Shown here piece by piece: positions 16,820 through 28,414 of a stretch of 64,000 nucleotides of DNA. Source of the stretch: an uncultured Actinomycetota bacterium. GTDB lineage: Bacteria > Actinomycetota > Actinomycetes > JAHEKZ01. Location: positions 160,001 to 224,000 of the forward strand of contig CAWHIJ010000003.1 of NCBI GenBank assembly GCA_963829525.1, given 5' to 3'. A program made the translations under genes and the position numbers. The notes under the pieces are model-generated. The model was given only the letters and a program-made list of their open reading frames with translations. It was not told the DNA's origin and made no database searches. The first letter of the stretch is position 1. Each line of letters opens with the position of its first letter.

Positions 16820-19379
16820 GGGCGAGCGACGCACCATCGGGAGCAGCGTCCACCGTGACGATGTCGCCGTCGTGGACGTCGCCGCCGATGATCAATCGGG
16901 CGAGCGCATCTCCGATCTCGGTCTGGATCAGTCGGCGGAGTGGACGCGCACCGTACGCCGGGTCGTAGCCCTCACGCGCCAGCCACGAACTGGCCCCATC
17001 AGTGACGTCCAGAACAATTCGCCGATCGGCCAACCGCTTGGCAAGCAGAAGCACCTGAAGCCGAACGATTTGAGCAAGCTCGGCTTCCGACAGTGCGTCG
17101 AAGAGCACGACGTCGTCAAGGCGGTTGAGGAACTCCGGCTTGAAGGTGGAGCGCACCATGGACATCACACGATCGCGCTTGGTGGCAGCGTCAAGGTCGG
17201 GATCGACCAGATAGGTCGACCCCAGGTTCGACGTCAGGACCAGCAGCGCATTGGTGAAATCGACGACGCGACCCTGTCCGTCAGTCAGGCGACCGTCATC
17301 GAGCACCTGGAGCAGCACGTCGAAGACCTCGGGGTGCGCCTTCTCGACCTCATCGAGCAGGACAACGGAGTAGGGACGACGGCGAACGGCCTCGGTCAGC
17401 TGTCCGCCCTCTTCATAGCCGATGTATCCGGGAGGTGCACCGACCAACCGGGCCACCGAGTGCTTCTCCCCGTACTCGCTCATGTCGATCCGCACCATGG
17501 CGTGCGGGTCGTCGAAGAGGAAGTCGGCAAGCGCCTTGGCCAGCTCAGTCTTGCCGACACCGGTGGGGCCCAGGAAGAGGAACGACCCGGTCGGGCGGTT
17601 CGGGTCGGCAATCCCGGCACGTGACCGACGCACGGCGTCCGAGACAGCGCCGATGGCCTCGCGCTGGCCAATCACCTGCTTGCCCAGCTCGTCCTCCATG
17701 CGCAGCAGCTTGGCGGCCTCGCCTTCGAGCAGCCGCCCCGCGGGTATGCCCGTCCAGGCAGCCACCACCTCCGCGATGTCATCTGGCCCAACGGTTTCCT
17801 TCACCATGGGAACCGTCTCGTCCGCGGTCGCCGCCGCTTCGACGATCTGTTTCTCGAGCGCAGGGATCTCTCCGTAGAGCAGAGCCGATGCCGTTGCGAG
17901 GTCGCCGTCACGCTGTGCTCGTTCGGCTTCGACGCGCTTGGAGTCAACCAGCTCTTTCAGCTCACCGACGCGGTTCAGCCCGGCCTTCTCCTGTTCCCAC
18001 CTGGCCTGCAGGGCACCGAGCTGCTCTTGCAGATCGGCAAGGTCGGCGCGCAGCTTCTGGAGTCGCTCCTTGGATGCCTCGTCGGTCTCACGAGCAAGCG
18101 CCATCTCCTCCATGAGCATGCGGTCGACCTGACGCTGCAGCTGGTCAACCTCGACCGGGCTGGAATCGATCTCCATCCGTAGCCGCGATGCCGCCTCATC
18201 AACCAGGTCAATCGCCTTGTCAGGAAGCTGCCGCGCGGGGATGTAGCGCTGCGAAAGACTCGCTGCGGCCACGAGCGCGGCGTCCTCGATCTGGACCTTG
18301 TGGTGCGCCTCGTACCGCTCCTTGAGCCCACGCAGGATCGCGACCGTGTCCTCGACACTTGGCTCGTCGACGAGCACCTGTTGGAAGCGACGCTCCAGCG
18401 CCGGATCCTTCTCGACGTGCTCACGGAACTCGTCGAGCGTCGTGGCCCCAATCATTCTCAGCTCTCCGCGAGCCAACATCGGCTTGAGCATGTTGCTGGC
18501 GTCCATGGCCGAGTCGCCCGTCGCACCAGCACCCACCACGGTGTGCATCTCGTCGATGAAGGTGACCACCTGGCCGTCGGAGCCCTTGATCTCATCGAGG
18601 ACTGCCTTCAGTCGCTCCTCGAACTCGCCACGGTACTTGGCGCCGGCGACCATGGCACCGAGGTCGAGTGCCACCAGACGTTTGCCGCGCAACGACTCAG
18701 GGACGTCGCCGGCCACCATCCGTGACGCGAGCCCCTCGACGACGGCGGTCTTGCCGACTCCGGGTTCACCGATCAGCACGGGGTTGTTCTTGGTTCGCCG
18801 GGACAGGACCTGGACGACTCGGCGAATCTCGGCATCGCGCCCGATGACCGGGTCGATCTTGCCGTCACGCGCGCGCGCCGTGAGGTCGACGCCGTACTTC
18901 TCCAACGCCTGGAACGTTCCCTCTGGATCAGCGGTCGTAACTCGAGCACTTCCTCGCACCCGCTCAAGGGCGTCGCTGAGCGCCGTCTCCGTTGCAGCAG
19001 CGGCAGTGAGCACGTCAGCGGCATCGCTCGGCACACCGGCAAGCGCCAGCAGCAGATGCTCGGTGCTGACGTAGCCGTCGCCGCGCTCTTGGGCACGCTC
19101 CTGCGCTCGGGCAAGGACGCGTTGCAAAGCGCCAGACGCCTGCGGTCCGGACGCGGTGGTTCCTGCCACCCGCGGCAGCCGGGCGACAGCGGCCTCCGTC
19201 TTTGCCGAGACGTCGGCCCGGTCTACACCGATCGCCTGAAGCAGAGCAGCAGGGATGCCGTCAGACTCTGCAAGCAGCGCAGCAAGCAGATGGACGGGAT
19301 CAAGCTGCGGGTTGCCAGCGGAAACGGCCGCTTGCTGGGCGCTGGACAGAGCCTCTCGGCTGCGAGTCGTGAAGTCCAT
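16791..19379 (-). CDS. clpB: ATP-dependent chaperone ClpB
   Basis: Two Walker A motifs ([16 protein letters not shown]), coiled-coil middle domain, GARPLRR. Confidence 0.98.
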   Translation of the reverse strand: MDFTTRSREALSSAQQAAVSAGNPQLDPVHLLAALLAESDGIPAALLQAIGVDRADVSAKTEAAVARLPRVAGTTASGPQASGALQRVLARAQERAQERGDGYVSTEHLLLALAGVPSDAADVLTAAAATETALSDALERVRGSARVTTADPEGTFQALEKYGVDLTARARDGKIDPVIGRDAEIRRVVQVLSRRTKNNPVLIGEPGVGKTAVVEGLASRMVAGDVPESLRGKRLVALDLGAMVAGAKYRGEFEERLKAVLDEIKGSDGQVVTFIDEMHTVVGAGATGDSAMDASNMLKPMLARGELRMIGATTLDEFREHVEKDPALERRFQQVLVDEPSVEDTVAILRGLKERYEAHHKVQIEDAALVAAASLSQRYIPARQLPDKAIDLVDEAASRLRMEIDSSPVEVDQLQRQVDRMLMEEMALARETDEASKERLQKLRADLADLQEQLGALQARWEQEKAGLNRVGELKELVDSKRVEAERAQRDGDLATASALLYGEIPALEKQIVEAAATADETVPMVKETVGPDDIAEVVAAWTGIPAGRLLEGEAAKLLRMEDELGKQVIGQREAIGAVSDAVRRSRAGIADPNRPTGSFLFLGPTGVGKTELAKALADFLFDDPHAMVRIDMSEYGEKHSVARLVGAPPGYIGYEEGGQLTEAVRRRPYSVVLLDEVEKAHPEVFDVLLQVLDDGRLTDGQGRVVDFTNALLVLTSNLGSTYLVDPDLDAATKRDRVMSMVRSTFKPEFLNRLDDVVLFDALSEAELAQIVRLQVLLLAKRLADRRIVLDVTDGASSWLAREGYDPAYGARPLRRLIQTEIGDALARLIIGGDVHDGDIVTVDAAPDGASLALTRSSTGRA

Positions 19380-19403
19380 GGGGTGCTCCTGGGGAAGAAG
19401 TGA

Positions 19404-19826
19404 CTAAAGAGATGAGCGGGGGGGCCGGCGCCAGACCACCACAGCAGCGCTGTCCCGCAGTACAACGTCGGTGCCGGGCGTTGTGGTCTGCTTCAGCTGG
19501 GTGATCGCGCGGTGAGCGGCGTCGAGGTCCGCCTCCAGCTGACGCACCCGAGCCCTCAGCTGGTCGGTGAGGTGCTCGAGGTCGAGGATGCGCTTGACGC
19601 CGGTCAGCCCGATGCCCTCGCCAGAGAGGTGCTGAATCTCGCGAAGCCGCTCAACATCGCGAGCTGAGTAACGGCGTCCGCCACCGGAGGTGCGCTGTGG
19701 CGTGACCAGTCCCACGCGGTCGTACTGACGCAGTGTCTGCGGATGCATCCCGGTGAGCTGCGCGACTACCGAGATGGCGAAAACAGGGGCTGTGTCGAAG
19801 TCCTCGAAGTTCATGGACATCGTCAC
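19404..19826 (-). CDS. hspR: Heat-shock repressor HspR (MerR family)
   Basis: ISVVAQLTGMHPQTLRQYDRVGL; directly after dnaJ. Confidence 0.95.
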   Translation of the reverse strand: MTMSMNFEDFDTAPVFAISVVAQLTGMHPQTLRQYDRVGLVTPQRTSGGGRRYSARDVERLREIQHLSGEGIGLTGVKRILDLEHLTDQLRARVRQLEADLDAAHRAITQLKQTTTPGTDVVLRDSAAVVVWRRPPRSSL

Positions 19827-20965
19827 TCCCTTCCGGCCAGCGCGATGAGGTCTGCTCTGGGGTCGTCGGAGGCGGTGGCCTCGGCATAGTCGGCCAGCGC
19901 CTTTCGGGCCTTGCCGTCGACTCGCTGCGGAACCGCAACCTCGACCGTCACAAGGAGATCGCCCTTCTTGCCCTTGACCTCAAGGCCACGCCCCTTGACG
20001 CGAAACGTTCGGCCGGACGGCGTTCCTGCTGGGATCTTGAGACTGACCGCCTCGCTGTCGAGCGTCGGCACGGTGATCTTCGACCCAAGTGCCGCCTCGA
20101 CGAACGTGATGGGCACAGTGAGCGTCAGGTGTTCGCCCTTGCGACCGAAGACCGGGTGAGCCCCAACATGGACAGTGACGAGGAGGTCTCCGGCTGGTCC
20201 ACCGCTGCGACCGGGCGCTCCCTTGCCGGGGACCCTGAGAGTCCCGCCGTCCTTGATGCCTGAGGGGACGCGCACATTGACCGTTCGGGTCTGCATCGTT
20301 GCGCCAATACCGGCGCACGATGCGCACGGGTCGTCGACGACCTGGCCGCGCCCGTGGCAGGCTCGGCAAGGTTCGGCAAAGCCAAAACCACCCTGCTGGC
20401 GAACCGTCTGTCCGCTGCCGTTGCATGCCGAACACGTGTGCGGCGTAGTTCCCGGTTTGGCGCCGCTGCCGCCGCAGGTAGGGCACGCGGCCTCTGCGCG
20501 CAGCTGAACTGATGTGGTCACACCAGAAGCTGCATCTCGGAAGCTGAGGGTGATACGTCCAGTGAGGTCCTCCCCCTTCACAGGACGACGGGCGCCTGTG
20601 CGGCCACCAAAGAGCCCACCCAGCATGTCCCCCAAGTTGGACTCACCGAACAGGTCACCGAGGTTGACCGAGGTCGCGCCACCTGGTGCACCGGCACCGA
20701 AGCCGCCCGGCATTCCTCCGCCGAACGAGCCGCCATACTGACGCATCTCGTCGTACTCGCGCCGCTTGGTCTCGTCGGAGAGGACGTCGTAGGCCTCAGA
20801 GATCTCCTTGAACTTCTCTTCGGCCTTGGCGTCTCCGGCGTTGGCATCGGGGTGGAACTGCCGAGCCAACTTCCGGTACGACTTCTTGATCTCGTCTGCC
20901 GATGACGTCTTGGTGACCCCGAGCACGGCGTAGAAGTCCTTGTCGAGGTAGTCACGTGCGCTCAT
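19823..20965 (-). CDS. dnaJ: Chaperone DnaJ
   Basis: J domain with HPD, G/F region, four CxxCxGxG motifs. Confidence 0.98.
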   Translation of the reverse strand: MSARDYLDKDFYAVLGVTKTSSADEIKKSYRKLARQFHPDANAGDAKAEEKFKEISEAYDVLSDETKRREYDEMRQYGGSFGGGMPGGFGAGAPGGATSVNLGDLFGESNLGDMLGGLFGGRTGARRPVKGEDLTGRITLSFRDAASGVTTSVQLRAEAACPTCGGSGAKPGTTPHTCSACNGSGQTVRQQGGFGFAEPCRACHGRGQVVDDPCASCAGIGATMQTRTVNVRVPSGIKDGGTLRVPGKGAPGRSGGPAGDLLVTVHVGAHPVFGRKGEHLTLTVPITFVEAALGSKITVPTLDSEAVSLKIPAGTPSGRTFRVKGRGLEVKGKKGDLLVTVEVAVPQRVDGKARKALADYAEATASDDPRADLIALAGRE

Positions 20966-21055
20966 CGGTCACCTCCTTCGGCTATCTGTGCGGTTGTCCC
21001 CAGGATGAGTGTGGTGTTTGTTGTGCGAGTGCGGGTGAATGCGTCGTTCTCGGAA

Positions 21056-21649
21056 CTAGGGAGTAGGTGGGTCGGCTACCGCGACACGAGCTGGTCGCAG
21101 TACTCGACCCGCGTATCGGTAGCCCGGCTGCAGAACGGCAACGCACGTCGTCTCGGTGACGGACTCGTCCTCGGAGTGGATCAGGGCTTCATGCACGGTC
21201 GGGTCGAACGCCTCACCCGCAACGCCGTACTTCTCCAGTCCGAGTTTCTCGACCGTCGCTTCAAGCGCCTCGGCCACGGACTTGAAACCGCCACTCAACT
21301 CGTCGTGCTCTCGGGCCCGGTCAATGTCGTCGAGGACCGTCAGCAGCTCGGCCAGAACAGCGGCGGCCGCCTGGTCTCGCACGAGCTCGCGGTCGCGGTC
21401 TACCCGCTTGCGGTAGTTGGCGTACTCAGCGTGCACCCGCTGCACGTCAGCGGTTCGCTCGGAGAGCTCAGCCTCAAGCGCAGCCAGGTCTCCCTCGACC
21501 AGCTGCCCGGCGGCCTCCTCGGCCGCGAGCGCGTCGGCGGGGGAGGTGGCCGCCGGAGCGACCACCTCCCGCACCTGACCGGTCTCGGGGTCGATCCGTC
21601 GCTTGTCACGGATGACCGGACCCTTCGTACCGTCTTCGCGCTCTGTCAT
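21056..21649 (-). CDS. grpE: Nucleotide exchange factor GrpE
   Basis: [33 protein letters not shown]. Confidence 0.97.
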   Translation of the reverse strand: MTEREDGTKGPVIRDKRRIDPETGQVREVVAPAATSPADALAAEEAAGQLVEGDLAALEAELSERTADVQRVHAEYANYRKRVDRDRELVRDQAAAAVLAELLTVLDDIDRAREHDELSGGFKSVAEALEATVEKLGLEKYGVAGEAFDPTVHEALIHSEDESVTETTCVAVLQPGYRYAGRVLRPARVAVADPPTP

Positions 21650-23505
21650 GCCTTCGAGCCTTCGTCTGTGTCGCTTGAGTCACTACCCTCGTCGACAACT
21701 TCAGCGTCGACGATGTCGTCGTCGCTGCCGCTGTCACCGGACGCTCCCGCCGCACCCGGAACGTCGCCGGACTGGTACATCGCAGCACCTAGCGCCTGAC
21801 TAGCCGTCGCCACCTTCTCAGCCGCTGCCTTGATCGCATCGGTGTCGGTGCCGTCGAGCGCCTTCTTCAGCTCTGCGAGTGGCTCGTCGACGTTGGACTT
21901 GGCGTCCTCCGGGATCTTGTCGGCGTTCTCAGTGATGAACCGCTCGGTCTGGTAGACCAGTGCGTCCGCTGAGTTACGCACCTCAGCCTCTTCCTTACGC
22001 GCAGCGTCATCAGCGGCGTGGCTCTCGGCGTCGGACATCATCCGGTCGATCTCTTCCTTCGACAGCGCTGAGCCACCGGAGATCTTGACCGAGTTCTCCT
22101 TGCCTGTTGCGAGATCCTTGGCGTGCACGTGAACAATTCCGTTGGCGTCGATGTCGAAGGTGACCTCGATCTGTGGAATGCCTCGTGGTGCCGGTGGAAG
22201 CCCGGTGAGGTCGAAGTCGCCGAGCTTCTTGTTGTACGCAGCGATCTCGCGCTCGCCCTGGTACACCTGGATCTGCACCTGCGGCTGGTTGTCGTCGGCG
22301 GTGGTGAAGATCTCCGACTTCTTCGTCGGGATCGTAGTGTTTCGCTCGATGAGCTTGGTCATGATGCCGCCCTTGGTCTCAATGCCGAGGGAGAGCGGAG
22401 TCACGTCAAGGAGCAGCACGTCCTTGACCTCACCCTTGAGGACGCCGGCCTGCAGCGCTGCTCCGACGGAAACGACCTCGTCGGGGTTGACCGACTTGTT
22501 CGGCTCTTTGCCGCCGGTGAGCTCGCGAACCAGGTCAGCAACAGCTGGCATACGAGTCGACCCGCCGACCAAGATGATCTGGTCGATGTCGGCCAGCTTG
22601 ACGCCGCCATCTTTGATGACGGTCTCGAAGGGGCGCCGGGTGCGCTCAAGCAGGTCGTGCGACAGGTTCTGGAACTGCGCGCGGGTAAGCGTCTCGTCGA
22701 GGAAGAGCGGGTTCTTGTCCGCGTCGATGGTGATGTACGGCAAGTTGATAGAGGTCTGCATCGAGCTCGAGAGCTCGATCTTGGCCTTCTCAGCCGCCTC
22801 GCGAACCCGCTGCATCGCCATCTTGTCCTTGGCCAGGTCGATGCCGTTGGCTGCCTTGAACCGGTCGACCAGGTGGGTCACGATCGCGTCATCCCAGTCG
22901 TCGCCACCGAGGTGGTTGTCGCCACTGGTGGCCTTCACCTCGACGACGCCCTCACCGATCTCGAGCAGGGAGACGTCGAATGTTCCTCCGCCGAGGTCGA
23001 AGACGAGAACAGTCTGCTCGAGGTCACCCTTGTCGAGACCGTAGGCGAGCGCAGCCGACGTGGGCTCGTTGATGATGCGGAGCACATTCAGACCAGCGAC
23101 CTCACCGGCCTCCTTGGTGGCCTGGCGTTGGGCGTCGTTGAAGTAGGCGGGAACGGTGACAACAGCTTCGGTCACCGGCTCGCCCAGGTAGGCCTCTGCA
23201 TCCCTCTTCAGCTTCTGCAGGACGCGGGCACTGATCTCTTGAGGCGTGTACGCCTTGCCGTCGATGTCGACTGACCAGGTCGTCCCCATGTGCCGCTTGA
23301 CCGAACGAATCGTGCGGTCGGGGTTGGTGACCGCCTGGCGCTTGGCGACCTCTCCGACCAGGACCTCGCCGTTCTTGGCAAAGGCGACGATGCTGGGCGT
23401 GGTGCGTGCCCCCTCAGCGTTCGCGATGACGGTGGGTTCGCCACCCTCCAGAACCGAGACGACCGAGTTCGTCGTCCCGAGGTCGATTCCAACGGCTCGG
23501 CCCAT
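21646..23505 (-). CDS. dnaK: Chaperone DnaK
   Basis: [25 protein letters not shown]; ATG 23505 with GGAG RBS. Confidence 0.99.
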   Translation of the reverse strand: MGRAVGIDLGTTNSVVSVLEGGEPTVIANAEGARTTPSIVAFAKNGEVLVGEVAKRQAVTNPDRTIRSVKRHMGTTWSVDIDGKAYTPQEISARVLQKLKRDAEAYLGEPVTEAVVTVPAYFNDAQRQATKEAGEVAGLNVLRIINEPTSAALAYGLDKGDLEQTVLVFDLGGGTFDVSLLEIGEGVVEVKATSGDNHLGGDDWDDAIVTHLVDRFKAANGIDLAKDKMAMQRVREAAEKAKIELSSSMQTSINLPYITIDADKNPLFLDETLTRAQFQNLSHDLLERTRRPFETVIKDGGVKLADIDQIILVGGSTRMPAVADLVRELTGGKEPNKSVNPDEVVSVGAALQAGVLKGEVKDVLLLDVTPLSLGIETKGGIMTKLIERNTTIPTKKSEIFTTADDNQPQVQIQVYQGEREIAAYNKKLGDFDLTGLPPAPRGIPQIEVTFDIDANGIVHVHAKDLATGKENSVKISGGSALSKEEIDRMMSDAESHAADDAARKEEAEVRNSADALVYQTERFITENADKIPEDAKSNVDEPLAELKKALDGTDTDAIKAAAEKVATASQALGAAMYQSGDVPGAAGASGDSGSDDDIVDAEVVDEGSDSSDTDEGSKA

Positions 23506-23570
23506 GGTTTTTCTCCTTCTGAGTTCCGGCACGTCGTGCCAGGTAGTCTGCGGTGAGTCCTATCAAAGAA

Positions 23571-23591
23571 CATGAGTCGCTTCGACGCAAG
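23571..23591. promoter_or_regulatory. HAIR (HspR-associated inverted repeat)
   Basis: CATGAGT-N7-ACGCAAG, 12/14 to CTTGAGT-N7-ACTCAAG, upstream of dnaK. Confidence 0.8.
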
Positions 23592-23609
23592 TTCATCAGT
23601 TGACATAAC

Positions 23610-23646
23610 AGCGAAGACCCCCCGGAACTTCCGGGGGGTCTTCGCT
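23610..23646. terminator. Perfect 18-bp inverted repeat, probable terminator insulating the dnaK promoter
   Basis: AGCGAAGACCCCCCGGAA-C-TTCCGGGGGGTCTTCGCT, about 40 nt after the stop of the upstream minus-strand gene. Confidence 0.7.
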
Positions 23647-23651
23647 TGAGA

Positions 23652-23667
23652 AGTGATCTAGATCACA
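23652..23667. promoter_or_regulatory. CRP-family binding site candidate
   Basis: AGTGATCTAGATCACA, 15/16 to the idealised TGTGATCTAGATCACA. Confidence 0.55.
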
Positions 23668-23688
23668 GTATTCAGCCGGTAGGCACGC

Positions 23689-25516
23689 TCACCGCAGGGT
23701 CACGGTGACCGGCCGGCTCGTGACCTTGTCGACCGCCCGCCCTGTCCCGTTCTGCTGCTTGACGGCCTTGCCGAGGGTCCGGTAGCGGGTGGCCTTGCTC
23801 ACCTTGACCGTCCACCGTGCCGTTCCGTTGGCCGCTGTCTGTCCGCTCTGGATGGTGGCGAAGGATCCGCCTGAGCGCGGCGCTCGCTGCAGGGCGACGG
23901 GCAGGCCCCGAATGGTGTTCTTGCTGTCGGGTCGCGAGAGCTTGACGGTGAAGGTGACCTTGGCGCCCTTGCGCACCCTGGTGGAGCTCGCCTTGATCGT
24001 CGCCTTGTTCTTCGCGACCGAGACGCGCGCGATCGAGGTGCTCAGACCGTTGCTCACGCCGCCGTTGCCCACCACGCCCGCGACCCACACGTCCCACGGC
24101 GAGGTCGGATCGAGCGCAGCCCCGGTGGTGTTATCGAAGTTGGTCGTTCCACCTAGCGGCGGGACATCTACAACCCCGGAAGCCTTGGCGATGAACCGCG
24201 GATTGAGCCACTTGCCGCCCTTCTTGGCGAAGACCGCGAGTGAAGGCCCGGCGGCCGTGCCCACGTCGTTGGCCGTCAGCAGGACGTTCCCTGCCCCGTC
24301 GATCGCGAGGTCGGGGTTGAACCAGTCAGCGGTGCCTGACGCCAGCGTCTTGTCCGACGCCAACGAGACGCCCGACCCGGTGTTGATCCCGAACACCCGG
24401 ACGGCGGCCCGGCCACTGCTGTTGACGGTTGTAGCCGCATAGAGGTTGTTCTTCCGCCATGCGACTCCGGTGAACGCCAGTCCGCCGAGGTTGAGGTCGT
24501 CGCCGCTGGTCTGCACGATCACCGGGGGTGCCACCAGCGGATCGCTCGGGAACACCACGTTCTTGCTGAACTGCGGTGGTGTACTCGATGCCGGTCCCGT
24601 GTAAGTGGCGACAGTGACGTCACCGGTGTCCGGGATTGCGATGAACACGTTGGCCTGCTTGCTCGCGTTGACCGCCGGCGCCTGGCCGTCGTAGGTGTTG
24701 CTGACGCTCGCTGCCCAGCCGCCGGGCTCGGCCCCCTTGTAATAGTCCGACTTCGGGAACATGAAGATCCGGTTGGCCACCACCGCATCGCTCGGGTCGT
24801 CGGCAACCGCCGTGACGGCGATCTTGTCCGAGCTGACACCGACCAGCGGCTTGGACTCGACAACATCCAAACGGCCTGGCTCCTCCTCATCCGACGTGGC
24901 GAAAGCGAACTCGACCGGCTTCAGCCACTTCTTGCCGCTCATCGGTACGGCTGCGGTTCCCTTCGAGATTCGCATCACGAGGCCCACATCACCGCTGTTG
25001 TCGGCAACTGCGACGACGATGAACCGCTTGCCGATCGGGTCGTAGACCACCGACGCCTGAGAGACCGTGACGGGGTTGCTCAAGCCGAAGAACTGCAGCA
25101 GGGTCTTGGTAGCTCCCTTGGGGCGCACACCTGTGGACTTGACGAAGGCGCGGATGCCTCCCTGCGAGCCGTCGCTGACCGTCTGCACCACGTGCGTGGC
25201 ACCGGCGGCCACTCGAGACGCCCTGCTGCCCGGCTCCCTGGATGCCCTGCCAGGTCTGCAAGATCTGCGTGCCCTTGGCCGTCGCCGCTGCCCTCGCTGC
25301 TACAGGCTCAACACTCCGGAAGGCCGAGGGTCGGTTGCCCACCCGAGTGCCGTCGGCGGACGCAGCCACCCGGTCGGCCGACACCAGGAAGAATTCGGGG
25401 TCAGAGGGCCCGCCTGCCCCAGCTGCCGTTGCGCCACCACTCGGGGCAATCACCAGCCCTGCGGCAAGAGCACCAACGACCCCCAACGAGGCCCCACGCA
25501 TACGACGCACCAACAC
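23689..25516 (-). CDS. Secreted beta-rich protein (about 608 aa) split by a +1 frameshift near 25213
   Basis: GGAGG RBS, signal peptide RRMRGASLGVVGALAAGLVIAP; removing one base joins QQGVS to VAAGATHVVQ; C-terminal Ig-like segment. Confidence 0.7.
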
Positions 25517-25812
25517 GACAAACCTCCAGGGGGTCTTCTCTGACGCGCGACAGCGCCCCCGACAGCCACGCGCGTGCAACGCTATTGCCCGAATCGTCCC
25601 AGGGCTAGCGGCCACCCTCGCGAATCGATGTGAATAATGTATCCACTGATCGGCCAGTCAGCCAGGTTACGGTCTGGCGACGATCAGTGGCGGCGCCGAC
25701 TCTGCTCGCTAGGCTCCACTGCACCGGATCGGCGGGCCCCTCGCCCGGGGTCAGCACCAACCGTCAGCGGCTGGGTCGCTCCACACCTAGCCGCGATCAA
25801 GCAGGAGGTTTC

Positions 25813-28005
25813 GTGCGCCCAGCGCTGGCCATCGGTCTGTTGATGACACTCGTCACCGGTCTCGTCGTCGCACGACGCGGCTTCATGATCGGACGACTTA
25901 TCGGTGTGGGCCAACCGCGCCCCAAAGGGAGCCTCCCCGACCCCCGTGAACTCGTGCAGGCAGAGACAGTCGAGGTGCTTGGTCAACGCAAGCTGCTGAA
26001 GTGGACCGTGCCTGGCTTTGCACACTTCTTCGCCTTCTGGGGCTTCATCGTCCTCGGCCTGACGATCCTCGAGGCCTATGGAGCACTTTTCGACCCAGAG
26101 TTCTCGATTCCCGTTCTCGACCAGTGGTCGTTCGTGGCGTTCATCGAGGACTTCTTCGCCGTCATGGTGCTTGTGGCTCTCGTCATCTTCACCGTGATTC
26201 GGATCAAGCAGAACCCGCACCGTGTCGGTCGTCTCTCGCGCTTCTACGGCTCGCACACGGGGGCGGCGTGGCTCGTCCTCTTCATGATCTTCAACGTCGT
26301 CTGGACGCTGCTGCTCTACCGCGGCGCGCAGATCAACTCTGGCAACTTCCCATACCCCGGCGGCGCTTTCGCATCGGAGATCGTCGCCGGCTGGCTCGAG
26401 CCACTCGGCGAAGTAGCCAATGAGCGGATCGAGACGGTCGCGATCCTGCTGCAGATCGGCGTGATCCTCGCATTCATGATCATCGTGGTCTACAGCAAGC
26501 ATCTGCACATCGCGCTGGCTCCACTGAACGTGGCTTTCTCGCGGCGCCCGAACGCGCTGGGTCCGATGCTGCCCATGTACTCCGGAGGACAGCCCATCGA
26601 CTTCGAGGACCCGGGCGAGGACGACATCTTTGGCCGCGGCAAGGTCGAGGACTTTACGTGGAAGGGGCTGCTCGACTTCTCCACCTGTACCGAATGCGGG
26701 AGATGCCAGTCCCAGTGCCCTGCCTGGAACACTGGCAAGCCGCTGTCGCCGAAGCTGCTCATCATGGCGCTGCGAGACAACGCCTTCGCCCAGGCGCCTT
26801 ATCTCATCAAGCAGAAACATCCTGACTACCTCGCGTCGACGGGTGGACCCGCTCCCGCTGTCCCGGTCGAGATCACGGAGTTTCCGCAGTCGGTGCAGGA
26901 CGCCGCCGCACGTCCGCTCGTGGGGCCGACGGAGTTCGACGAGGACGGTCATGGCATCGGCGGCGGCGTCATTGACCCAGACGTTCTCTGGTCGTGCACA
27001 ACGTGTGGCGCCTGCGTCGAGCAGTGCCCGGTCGACATTGAGCACGTCGACCACATCACCGACATGCGTCGATTCCAGGTGTTGATCGAGTCGGAGTTCC
27101 CAGCTGAGCTCGGCGGTCTCTTCAAGAACCTCGAGACCAAGGGCAACCCATGGGGGATGAACGCCTCATCACGTCTTGACTGGGCCGCCGACCTGCCGTT
27201 CGAGGTGAAGGTCGTCGACGGTCCGCTCGATGGTGACACGGAGTACCTCTTCTGGGTCGGCTGTGCCGGTGCGTTCGAGGACCGTGCGAAGAAGACGACG
27301 CAAGCCGTCGCCGAGCTGCTGCACATGGCGGGCGTGACGTTCGCCGTTCTCGGCGAAGGAGAGACCTGCAGTGGTGACACCGCTCGTCGTTCTGGCAACG
27401 AGTTCCTCTTCCAGATGTTGGCGCAGCAAAACGTCGAGACGCTCAACGAGATCGGCGCAAAGAAGGTCGTCGTCACCTGCGCACACTGCTTCAACACCTT
27501 GCGAAACGAGTACCCGCAAGTGGGTGGCCACTACGAGGTCGTACACCACACGCAGCTGCTCAACACACTCGTCCGTGATGGCAAGCTCACACCGGTCTCG
27601 TCGGTGAGCGAGCAGGTGACGTACCACGACCCGTGCTACCTCGGCCGGCACAACAAGGTCTACAGCCCTCCGCGCGACTTGATCGGCGCATCTGGCGCTG
27701 AACTGACCGAGATGCCGCGTAACTCCGAGCGGGGATTTTGCTGCGGCGCCGGTGGGGCCCGCATGTGGATGGAGGAGAAGATCGGCAAGCGGGTCAACAC
27801 CGAACGCACCGAAGAGGCGATCGCGACCGGCGCAAAGACCATCGCAGTCGGCTGCCCGTTCTGCCGGGTGATGCTGAGTGACGGCGTCGCCGAGGTGCAG
27901 TCAGACGTCGAGCGCGAGGAACAGGTGCAGGTGGTCGACGTCGCCCAGCTGCTGCTCAAGGCCGCCAAGAACGGGTCGGTCAGCCAGAGCAGTTCAACCC
28001 CATAG
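25813..28005 (+). CDS. Membrane Fe-S oxidoreductase (FadF/heterodisulfide-reductase-like)
   Basis: TM domain, CTECGRCQSQCP and CTTCGACVEQCP, CCG domains (YHDPCYLGR, CCGAGG); AGGAGG RBS before GTG. Confidence 0.92.
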   Translation: MRPALAIGLLMTLVTGLVVARRGFMIGRLIGVGQPRPKGSLPDPRELVQAETVEVLGQRKLLKWTVPGFAHFFAFWGFIVLGLTILEAYGALFDPEFSIPVLDQWSFVAFIEDFFAVMVLVALVIFTVIRIKQNPHRVGRLSRFYGSHTGAAWLVLFMIFNVVWTLLLYRGAQINSGNFPYPGGAFASEIVAGWLEPLGEVANERIETVAILLQIGVILAFMIIVVYSKHLHIALAPLNVAFSRRPNALGPMLPMYSGGQPIDFEDPGEDDIFGRGKVEDFTWKGLLDFSTCTECGRCQSQCPAWNTGKPLSPKLLIMALRDNAFAQAPYLIKQKHPDYLASTGGPAPAVPVEITEFPQSVQDAAARPLVGPTEFDEDGHGIGGGVIDPDVLWSCTTCGACVEQCPVDIEHVDHITDMRRFQVLIESEFPAELGGLFKNLETKGNPWGMNASSRLDWAADLPFEVKVVDGPLDGDTEYLFWVGCAGAFEDRAKKTTQAVAELLHMAGVTFAVLGEGETCSGDTARRSGNEFLFQMLAQQNVETLNEIGAKKVVVTCAHCFNTLRNEYPQVGGHYEVVHHTQLLNTLVRDGKLTPVSSVSEQVTYHDPCYLGRHNKVYSPPRDLIGASGAELTEMPRNSERGFCCGAGGARMWMEEKIGKRVNTERTEEAIATGAKTIAVGCPFCRVMLSDGVAEVQSDVEREEQVQVVDVAQLLLKAAKNGSVSQSSSTP

Positions 28006-28212
28006 AGCAACCCACCAAGCCCGCCCAGTGCACACTCAGCTGACGCCTCAGCAGACCGAGTGCGACGCTAAATGACGCTTGGATCCGAGACCTTGTGCCG
28101 TATCGTGGAATGAAATCCCCACGATTTGGAACACCGGTGCTCCGTGTGTTGCCATATGTCTTGTTCCTATGTACTACGCCGACGTAAGTCGGCCCTTCCC
28201 TAGAGGTGTGTT

Positions 28213-28356
28213 GTGAGTTCTGTCGTCGCCCCCGTCGAGCGTCTCGTCCAGCGTTTCCAGATATGGCGCTACGAGGAGCAGCACGTTGCCCGCTCGCGCA
28301 GTCAGCGCAACGCCACCGAGCGACTGCAGATCGCCAGGGCAAGCCACCTTCACTGA
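28213..28356 (+). CDS. Unannotated 47-aa microprotein A (IWRY motif)
   Basis: GAGGTG RBS, GTG start, MSSVVAPVERLVQRFQIWRYEEQHVARSRSQRNATERLQIARASHLH; aligns with the next ORF. Confidence 0.65.
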   Translation: MSSVVAPVERLVQRFQIWRYEEQHVARSRSQRNATERLQIARASHLH

Positions 28357-28414
28357 GCATGGCCCCGAGGCCGGCTAGGTCTGTCACACTCGATTCACGC
28401 GAGGGGAGACGACC

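Noticed and set aside
22123-23274. Long plus-strand ORFs (383 and 300 aa) opposite dnaK
   Set aside because: Well-known antisense shadow of dnaK caused by GC-rich codon bias; the same applies to shadows over clpB and the Fe-S oxidoreductase
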